From assembly GCA_026014565.1 (NCBI GenBank), contig JAOZIB010000026.1:13829-77828 (forward strand): 64,000 bases of DNA, written 5' to 3'. The position numbers and the translations under genes were made by a program. Numbering within the stretch: position 1 is the first letter of the stretch; the number at the start of each line of letters is the position of its first letter. The notes under the pieces were generated by a model, which was given only the letters and a program-made list of their open reading frames with translations, was not told the DNA's origin and made no database searches. Positions 17,207 through 24,280 of the stretch are shown piece after piece. Origin of the DNA: Candidatus Bathyarchaeum sp. Lineage in GTDB: Archaea; Thermoproteota; Bathyarchaeia; Bathyarchaeales; Bathyarchaeaceae.

Positions 17207-20190
17207 GGGTAGAAATAAACTCCTGGTATGTCAGCTCCAAAGAATTTTTCATTAATTTCAGTATTCACGGCAGCGGGATCTATGTCTTCAAACAGGTCAG
17301 GTTGGCACCATTTTGCCCAGCATAGGTATCCAACTATACAGCGTATTCCACCACGGGCAGCCCAATCATAGATGTAGACTTTACCATTTACAACAGCAGA
17401 CACTTCACTTAATTCTGGTCGTTCCATTATCTGTGTTTGCATGTCGATGAAGTCGGCTTCTTCATGATTCACACTTTGAATTGCACGAAGAATAATGTCT
17501 GGGTCCTGTTCGACTACAAACTCGGCACTTAAGACTGGCGCATATTCTGTTTGGTTTTCTGCAATGTTTATTCCACCTGCTTGGTCCAAACCAGGAGTAA
17601 CAAAGGTGTTGTAAGGTGCATACCATTCAAGAAGCACTTTTGGTCGGTCTTCTACGGTGAGGGTTGCAACACGTTCTTTGACAAGATTGTTGTAATATTG
17701 GACGTATTCGATGTATTCATCAGCAGCATCGGGGTCACCTACGATTTTAGCAAGTTTTTGTAGTAGTTTACATGAAAAATCTACTGAAGTTTCATTAGAG
17801 TGAGCTGTTGGTTCGGGGTCCGATGTGTCGCTGATAAAGATGGGAATTCCTGCAGATACAATTTGGTCATACAGTTCTGCATTGTAAGGCAACATTGAAT
17901 CAGCAAAAAGCAAGTCGGGTTCTGCTTCTAGTACCAATTCAACATTTGGCAAGTACGAATTATCGCCAACAACGGGTATGTCAAGAACAGACGGTGGCAA
18001 AGTTGAAGCTTCATCTCGGCCAACGATTCTGTCTTCATATCCTAGTGCGGAAAGCATCTCTGTTAAACCAGAGTTGATGCTGACAATGCGCTCCACAGGC
18101 AGATTAATGGTTAATTCATTCTCGTTTCCATCAGTAACGGTAACAATTTCAGGGTAGGCGTAGACTTGTTGAAGTTCTTCATCAAAGAACAACTGATTCA
18201 TTTCTTCATGAATAGCAGCAGGGTCAATGTCTGCAAACAGGCTAGGATTGAACCATTTTGCCCAATACATCAAACCGATTGGGTATCGAAGTCCCTGGAA
18301 GACTACGGAAGCATAAATGTAAACGCGGTCATCTGAAACAGCAGTTGTTCCACTTAACCCTGGGCGAGAGAGTAGCTCTTCTCGTAGAATTTGCATTCCA
18401 GTAAAGTTGCTACCAGAACTTGCCATTCTGATGATTACTTCAGGGTCTTGCTCCGTTACGTATTCAGGACTTAATGTTGGTGAAGAATCATCAGAGTGCC
18501 CAGAAGCAATGTTTATTCCTCCAGCTTTAAGGAGGATCTCATGACTGGAACTGCCTTCAGCAAAACTTAGCCAGTCTTCGCTCCATTCAATGAAAACTTT
18601 GGGTTTTTCACTTTCGTCAAGAGATTCAGTGCGGTCAAGTACCAAGTTTTCATATTCTTCCATAAAATCAATTATGGTATCTGCATTTTCAGAGTTTTCT
18701 AAAATGTTACCTAGATAGGTGACCATTTCAGGCAATCGAGTAAAGTTGCTGGAAGATTCCATGATGACGGGTATACCAGCGCTTCGGATGGTAGCTAGTT
18801 CTTCTGTTTTGTATGAGAGCATTGTATCGGCAACTAACAGGTCAGGCTCTAATTCGAGAATCATTTCAACATTGGGAGTGTATGAACTCCCACCTACGAC
18901 TGTTGCATCCACAATCGATTCAGGGAAAAGAGAGTTTTCGTCTCGTCCAATTATGCGGTCGTCTCCACCGAGGGCACATAAAAGTTCGGTTAATCCAGGG
19001 TTCATACAAACTATTGATTCAACTGGAAGAGCTATCTCAACTTCGTTTCCTTTACCATCTACAACAGTAATGGTTTCGGGTTCAGGTTCATTCGGCTCGC
19101 TTGGCTCTGAAGTTTCATCAGGGTAAACGAATACGCCTGACACGCTGGTTCCAAAGAATTTGTGAACATATTCTTCATGCACTGCAACAGGGTCGATGTC
19201 ATCAAACAGGTCAGGATGGAACCACTTAGCCAGGTACAGCAAGCCGATTGGTCGACGCCCAACTAGGGCAGTGTTTTTGATGATGTAGACTTCTTCATTT
19301 TGCACGGCATCAGTGTCAACCAGTGCCTCGCGGGTTAGTATCCCTTCTCTTAGGGCTTGGAAGTCTTCTAGTTCTTCGCCATCGTAAAAAGTCAGCATAC
19401 GAACAATCATGTCTGGATTTTCTTCAACTACAAACTCGGCACTTACATCCATAGATGATACGTTCTGGTCACCTGCAATGTTTATTGCTCCAGCAGTGTA
19501 AATCATCTCGGTATAAGAGCCAGTTGCACCACTGCTGTACCAATCCTTGTACCATTCAAAGTATACGGTGGGTTTTTCTTCATCAGTTAGAGAGGACACA
19601 CGCTCAACGATAAGGTCCTCATAATGGGACTCGAAGTCAAGAAACTCATCAGCAGCTTCTTGAGCATCCAAGATCACTGCAAGGTTTTGAATATAATCCT
19701 CACGACGTGGATAAGTTGAACTTTCTTCAAGAACTGCAACACCTGCAGCTTCAAGGGCTGCCCGATTCTCGTCAGAGAGCCGTTGACTGGCGATTACCAA
19801 GTCGGGTTCTAGTTCCAAAATTAATTCTAGACTTGCACTAGAGTCGGTGTCTCCAACAACGGGCAAATCTTTAACATATTGGGGCAAAATTGATTCTTCA
19901 TCAGTAGATAGTTTTACGCGTCCTACAATTTTGTCTTCACAACCTAAGGCGGAAATGAATTCTGCACCAATCATTGCAACGATCCTGTTTACGGGCTTTG
20001 TTATTGTTACTTCAGTGTCAGTAACATCAACCACAGTAACTGTAACTGGGGTTTCAGGCTCATTTGGTTCATCTGATACTTCTGGAGTAAAAAAGACGCT
20101 GTAAGCTCCATAAGAGCCTCCAATAATCACGACCAGAAGGATTACCCCTAAAATTATTTTTTTATTTGTTGTGTTTACAAGTTTACTCAT
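17203..20190 (-). CDS. Membrane-anchored protein with three tandem BtuF/FepB-like (Peripla_BP_2-type) substrate-binding domains
   Basis: N-terminal TM anchor (IILGVILLVVIIGG). There are three units of about 310 aa (aa 48-357, 372-680, 681-995). Each starts ..TV(V/T)D..E(V/L)(T/E)I..PV(N/E)RIV....G..E.L.ALG.(E/D)D(K/R)I(V/I)GR and ends ..W(A/L)KWF(H/N/C)P(D/S)LF.DIDP.A(V/I). An acidic Pro/Glu linker (SEPSEPNEPEPE) joins units 1 and 2. Confidence 0.85.
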   Translation of the reverse strand: MSKLVNTTNKKIILGVILLVVIIGGSYGAYSVFFTPEVSDEPNEPETPVTVTVVDVTDTEVTITKPVNRIVAMIGAEFISALGCEDKIVGRVKLSTDEESILPQYVKDLPVVGDTDSSASLELILELEPDLVIASQRLSDENRAALEAAGVAVLEESSTYPRREDYIQNLAVILDAQEAADEFLDFESHYEDLIVERVSSLTDEEKPTVYFEWYKDWYSSGATGSYTEMIYTAGAINIAGDQNVSSMDVSAEFVVEENPDMIVRMLTFYDGEELEDFQALREGILTREALVDTDAVQNEEVYIIKNTALVGRRPIGLLYLAKWFHPDLFDDIDPVAVHEEYVHKFFGTSVSGVFVYPDETSEPSEPNEPEPETITVVDGKGNEVEIALPVESIVCMNPGLTELLCALGGDDRIIGRDENSLFPESIVDATVVGGSSYTPNVEMILELEPDLLVADTMLSYKTEELATIRSAGIPVIMESSSNFTRLPEMVTYLGNILENSENADTIIDFMEEYENLVLDRTESLDESEKPKVFIEWSEDWLSFAEGSSSHEILLKAGGINIASGHSDDSSPTLSPEYVTEQDPEVIIRMASSGSNFTGMQILREELLSRPGLSGTTAVSDDRVYIYASVVFQGLRYPIGLMYWAKWFNPSLFADIDPAAIHEEMNQLFFDEELQQVYAYPEIVTVTDGNENELTINLPVERIVSINSGLTEMLSALGYEDRIVGRDEASTLPPSVLDIPVVGDNSYLPNVELVLEAEPDLLFADSMLPYNAELYDQIVSAGIPIFISDTSDPEPTAHSNETSVDFSCKLLQKLAKIVGDPDAADEYIEYVQYYNNLVKERVATLTVEDRPKVLLEWYAPYNTFVTPGLDQAGGINIAENQTEYAPVLSAEFVVEQDPDIILRAIQSVNHEEADFIDMQTQIMERPELSEVSAVVNGKVYIYDWAARGGIRCIVGYLCWAKWCQPDLFEDIDPAAVNTEINEKFFGADIPGVYFYP

Positions 20191-22241
20191 GCATTTTCAC
20201 ATCCAAAATTTGTTTTCATCATTGCATAATTTTGAGGCAAATGGCTACGAACCGCAGAAGCAAGAGGCGCTGCGCTCAAGTCTTCTAAACGTAGATATTT
20301 TCCACCCATCTCTGAACAGATTTGGTTTACCAAACCAAACGAAATGAAATCCCGTTCAGTATCAATGGCGATGGATTTGATTCCAGCCGATTTAATGGCA
20401 CGGGCTATGGTTTTTGCTTCTTCGATTGGATCACCATCATACATGTTGACGTTTGCCCGACCATCAGAAACCAAAGTTAAAAGAGGAATGGCTTCTTTGT
20501 CCCGTCGCATACACTCACGGATTGTATCCAATCCAGACTTTAACCCATGAGCAAGAGGAGTTCGTCCACCAGTAGGAAGTTTTGCCAAGCATTTTTGGGC
20601 TAACTCCACGCTGCTAGTTGGAGGCAAAATTACCTCTGCCTTGTTTTTCCGAAAAGCAATCATTCCAACCCGGTCACGACGCTGATACGCATCAATTAGA
20701 AGGGATAAAATGGCACCCTTAGTTGCAGTCATGCGCTCTTGGGCAGCCATTGAGCCACTGGCATCAACAACAAACATGATTAAATTGCCCATTTTCGTTT
20801 CTCGAACTTTCTGGCGCAGGTCAGATTTTTCGATAAGTAACGCGTTTTGGCCGTTAGATTCTTCTCGTCTTCTGTTTTGAAAAGGAGCTGCAGCCCGCAA
20901 AGTAGCATCAAAAGCAAGGTCAGTAACTTTTCCTTTAGGAACAGCACTAGAAACATAACGTCCAGTTTTGGAGTTAGTTCTAGTTTTTGACCTTCGTCCA
21001 GAGCCAGTGCGTTGCATCTGGTCCAAAACTGGATTTTCTAAAGGTTTAACTTTTTCTGGAGAATCAGCCTCAAAAACTTGTTCATGTTGGGGATCTGAGT
21101 TTTCCTGGGGGTTATCTGATGAAGAATCATCAGGAGGGGAATTACTCTCAGAAGGAGATTGCTGTTCCTGATTTTGTTTCCATTTATCGATGTTGTCTTG
21201 AATTTGTTGTTGCTCTTGCTTGGGTTCTTCAAAAGGCTGACGACGAAGACGATGAGGAAGCGCCAATTCTGCAGCTTCACGAACATCTTCTTCAGTTACT
21301 TCAGTTCGTCCTCTAAACGCTGCGATGGTGCATGCAGTCTTATAAATCGTAATATCTGCACGGTGCCCATCAACACCAAAGTCCACACAGATTTGAGTGA
21401 TTAAATCAAGCATTTCATCACTTAACTTAACTTTAGGCAAAAGGTCGGTTGCATCAACTATCTTTTTACGCATTTTTTCTTGTTCTTCATGACGACTGTC
21501 AACAAACCCTTGAGGGTCAGATTCAAAGGCAACACGTCTTCGAACAATTTCTGCTCGGGCTTCTCGGTATGGGATGCCTTTAACTTCAACTGTTAATCCA
21601 AAACGGTCCAAGAGTTGAGGACGAAGATCCCCTTCTTCAGGGTTCATGGTGCCGACTAGTACAAAATTGGATGGGTGACTGAATGAAACCCCTTCCCGTT
21701 CAACAAAGTTTATGCTCATTGCAGCAGCATCTAGCAAAACGTCAACTAGGTGGTCGTCTAGCAGGTTTACTTCATCAATATAGAGGATGTTTCGGTTTGC
21801 TTCTGCTAAAAGTCCGGGCTCGAAATGTTTTTCACCTGTTTTGATTGCTTTTTCTAGGTCGATTGTACCTACTAAGCGGTCTTCGGTTGCACCAATAGGC
21901 AAATCAACTACAGAAACAGACTGTTTTGCAACAGAGATTTTTTTTCCTTTTTCTTGTTTGGTGCTACAGGTATCGCACATTTCTTTTTGGTTGATTGGGT
22001 CACAGTGGAAAGGACAATCAGCAACTACATCTACTTCGGGCAGAAGATGAGCAAGAGCGCGTACTGCCATTGATTTTCCAGTTCCTTTTTCTCCTCTTAG
22101 TAGAACTCCCCCGATTTTTGGGTTTATGACATTAAGGATTAGAGCCATTTTCATGGTGTCTTGTCCAACGATAGCAGAGAATGGGTAAACTGTTTTTGTT
22201 CTCCAGCGCATTAGTATGCTTCCTTTTTGTTTTCTGGACAT
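20187..22241 (-). CDS. ChlI/ChlD-type chelatase ATPase: intact AAA+ module + acidic/Gln-Pro linker + vWA (MIDAS) domain in one polypeptide
   Basis: PFSAIVGQD.MK, Walker A GEKGTGKS, Walker B ILYIDEVNLLDDHLVD and NPEEGDLRPQLLDRFGL are ChlI/BchI-like. A long acidic linker follows. The vWA domain has VVDASGSM and LVSDGRANV. There is a 4-Cys insertion CPFHC-x12-CDTC. ATGA overlap with the downstream binding-protein gene. Confidence 0.85.
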   Translation of the reverse strand: MSRKQKGSILMRWRTKTVYPFSAIVGQDTMKMALILNVINPKIGGVLLRGEKGTGKSMAVRALAHLLPEVDVVADCPFHCDPINQKEMCDTCSTKQEKGKKISVAKQSVSVVDLPIGATEDRLVGTIDLEKAIKTGEKHFEPGLLAEANRNILYIDEVNLLDDHLVDVLLDAAAMSINFVEREGVSFSHPSNFVLVGTMNPEEGDLRPQLLDRFGLTVEVKGIPYREARAEIVRRRVAFESDPQGFVDSRHEEQEKMRKKIVDATDLLPKVKLSDEMLDLITQICVDFGVDGHRADITIYKTACTIAAFRGRTEVTEEDVREAAELALPHRLRRQPFEEPKQEQQQIQDNIDKWKQNQEQQSPSESNSPPDDSSSDNPQENSDPQHEQVFEADSPEKVKPLENPVLDQMQRTGSGRRSKTRTNSKTGRYVSSAVPKGKVTDLAFDATLRAAAPFQNRRREESNGQNALLIEKSDLRQKVRETKMGNLIMFVVDASGSMAAQERMTATKGAILSLLIDAYQRRDRVGMIAFRKNKAEVILPPTSSVELAQKCLAKLPTGGRTPLAHGLKSGLDTIRECMRRDKEAIPLLTLVSDGRANVNMYDGDPIEEAKTIARAIKSAGIKSIAIDTERDFISFGLVNQICSEMGGKYLRLEDLSAAPLASAVRSHLPQNYAMMKTNFGCENA

Positions 22242-22384
22242 TGAATTGAAAGGTAATCATCAACAAAATATCGAGCAGAGTTGGGGTTTGCGCGCATTAA
22301 ACAAAAATGCAGGGGCGTCGGCGCTATTCTGTTGGATTGTATTTGGTGCCTTGATTCTTTGTGTGTCAATACGAAACCATCCAG

Positions 22385-22401
22385 TTGGATGGGTTATCCA
22401 A
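22385..22401. promoter_or_regulatory. Operator-like 17-bp palindrome TTGGATGGGTTATCCAA upstream of the chlID-led operon
   Basis: Perfect TTGGAT/ATCCAA inverted repeat with a 5-nt spacer. It lies just promoter-distal of the start codon (22241) and downstream, in gene orientation, of a TTTTATAAA TATA-like box at about 22410-22418. Confidence 0.5.
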
Positions 22402-22431
22402 TAAATAGTTTATAAAACTTTGTTTAACTAA

Positions 22432-22448
22432 AGTTGAATTTGAGTTGA
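22432..22448 (-). promoter_or_regulatory. Direct repeat TTCAACT-N4-TTCAACT (11-nt period) upstream of the TATA box of the chlID-led operon
   Basis: The minus strand reads ATTCAACTCAAATTCAACTTTAG. The same TCAACT-N5-TCAACT arrangement occurs upstream of cobN paralogue 2 (29990-30021). Confidence 0.4.
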
Positions 22449-22657
22449 ATAAAACATTTATTAAAACACAAAAGAATTACACATAAAAAAAGCATTGAAA
22501 TAATTAATTTTTAAAACAATTTCGAAAAAAATAGAACAATCAGAACCACAAGAATCATTAACAAATACATTCATTGGAGTTGAAGAAAAAAATCAAACAG
22601 AAATAAATGTGTAGTAAGAAAAAAGGAAAAAATTTATTTCAACCAACAAACTCGTTA

Positions 22658-22674
22658 TTGGATGGTTAATCCAA
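22658..22674. promoter_or_regulatory. Operator-like 17-bp palindrome TTGGATGGTTAATCCAA upstream of the wHTH regulator gene
   Basis: Perfect TTGGAT/ATCCAA inverted repeat with a 5-nt spacer, 66 nt upstream of the ATG at 22740. It is flanked by A/T-rich TATA-like boxes (AAATTTATTT at about 22630 and CTTATATTTT at about 22681). Confidence 0.5.
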
Positions 22675-22739
22675 CCAAAAACTTATATTTTGTTAAACGA
22701 CACCTAAAGGAAGGTTGAAGAAGCAGACGGGATAACCCA

Positions 22740-23555
22740 ATGAATCTTTTAAGAAACAAAGGCGAATTAACAAAATTTCAGATTCTTTTCGAAATAAAAA
22801 GGAAACAGCCCCACATTAAACAAGAAGAAATAAGCAAGACACTTGGAATAACTGTTCAAGCAGTCTCAAAACATTTTAAAAAATTGATCCATGAAGGGTT
22901 GATTGAAGCCGGACCCGAAAAAGCAAACTACAGGTTAACACCCAAAGCCATCGAAAAACTACAGGAAGGAGCCAAAAGCCTAGAAAGATACGCCCTTAAA
23001 ATCGAGAATGGATTAAAAATTGAACGTGTTTGCCCTGCCATTGCAACCCTGCCCACAAAAACAGGGGACCACGTGGGAATCATAATGAAGGAGGGCGTAG
23101 TGTATGCCGTAGCTTCTGATCATCCCGAGGCTAAAGCTTTTGGAATTGTAACAACGAATGCGGAGCCAGGAGAAGATTTGGGCTTTGAGTACCTAGAAGG
23201 CAAAATCAAAATTGAACGCGGGCGAATCTTAATAATTAAACTCCCCAGCATAAAAGAAGGCGGTTCAAGGTCTGTTGATTTGGTCAAAGTTAAGCAACTT
23301 TACGAAGAGTTTAAGCCAGACAGAATAGGGGTTATGGGTTCTGTTGGAAGGGCAGTTTTGAATAAATTAAATCTAAAAGCAGACATTGAATTTGGTATAA
23401 ACCGAGCTGCCGCCATAGCTGCTTTGCGGGGGTTGAATGTTTTTGTTTTTGTTGTTGGCCGGATGGCAAACCGGATGATAGAAGAAATTGATGAAATAAA
23501 CATCAAACGCACAATGAACATAAAATACGAGATGAAAGACGGGAGAAAAACATGA
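22740..23555 (+). CDS. Archaeal winged-helix transcriptional regulator with a C-terminal domain of about 190 aa of unknown function
   Basis: The N-terminus LTKFQILFEIKRKQPHIKQEEISKTLGITVQAVSKHFKKLIHEGLIE is an ArsR/MarR-like wHTH. The C-terminal domain was not recognised. It may belong to the archaeal 'predicted regulator' family of about 260 aa, but that is recollection only. Confidence 0.6.
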   Translation: MNLLRNKGELTKFQILFEIKRKQPHIKQEEISKTLGITVQAVSKHFKKLIHEGLIEAGPEKANYRLTPKAIEKLQEGAKSLERYALKIENGLKIERVCPAIATLPTKTGDHVGIIMKEGVVYAVASDHPEAKAFGIVTTNAEPGEDLGFEYLEGKIKIERGRILIIKLPSIKEGGSRSVDLVKVKQLYEEFKPDRIGVMGSVGRAVLNKLNLKADIEFGINRAAAIAALRGLNVFVFVVGRMANRMIEEIDEINIKRTMNIKYEMKDGRKT

Positions 23556-24280
23556 GCGATCAAAGCTCCCTTCAAACTCGAACAAAAAAAAGCATAGAAT
23601 TCGTTACTTCCGATGCCAAAAAAATTTCAGAAAAATCAAATGAAGAATTATTAGATGCCCTAGAAAAAGTGCGAAGCAAAATCGCCCGTGGACCTGCTCC
23701 AGCGTTTAATGAAGCCCATGCGATTAAAGCAATAGAACTTATTGCCAGCCACAAAATTTTGGGACGAACAACGATGTCTAATAAGCTTGAACTGGGAATT
23801 GGAACAACAAGAACAGTACTAAAGCACCTCAAGAAATGGGAGTTTATTGTAAGTTCAAAACATGGATTTGAGTTATCCGAGAAAGGAAAAAAATTGTCTA
23901 TGCAAATCCAGTCAAAAATGAGCCCCCGAATCCAAGTGCCTAAAACCCAGTTGGCAGTTGGCCCAGTTGTTGTAGCATTAATAGTAAAAAATGCAGCGCA
24001 CAAAATAGACAGAGGAATAGAACAAAGAAACACCGCAATCCGAGCGGGAGCGGCTGGTGCAACTACCCTAGTTTTTAGTGACGGCAAACTAGTCATGCCT
24101 TCGAAGAAAAAACACAGCACCAAAGGTATAAAACAAATACAAGAAGCAGTAACCACCAATCTAAATCCCCAAGAAAACGACGTTATAATCCTAGGCAGTG
24201 GAAGCAACCAAATCAATGCAGAAATTGGCGCCATAATGGCAGCAATAAAACTGCTAAAAAACAACAAGCAAGAACAATAA
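23552..24280 (+). CDS. Second HTH-containing protein, translationally coupled to the preceding regulator
   Basis: ATGA overlap with the upstream gene. The central LGRTTMSNKLELGIGTTRTVLKHLKKWEFIVSSKHGFELSEKG looks like a wHTH. The remainder was not recognised. Confidence 0.5.
   Translation: MSDQSSLQTRTKKSIEFVTSDAKKISEKSNEELLDALEKVRSKIARGPAPAFNEAHAIKAIELIASHKILGRTTMSNKLELGIGTTRTVLKHLKKWEFIVSSKHGFELSEKGKKLSMQIQSKMSPRIQVPKTQLAVGPVVVALIVKNAAHKIDRGIEQRNTAIRAGAAGATTLVFSDGKLVMPSKKKHSTKGIKQIQEAVTTNLNPQENDVIILGSGSNQINAEIGAIMAAIKLLKNNKQEQ

Noticed and set aside
22242-22384. Possible cobalamin riboswitch in the long 5' leaders of the chlID operon (22242-22384) and cobN-2 (30063-30179)
   Set aside because: I could not find a B12-box-like element or the conserved GCCACTG-type core in either leader, and the two leaders share no obvious similarity. 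An Infernal scan with the cobalamin models would settle it.
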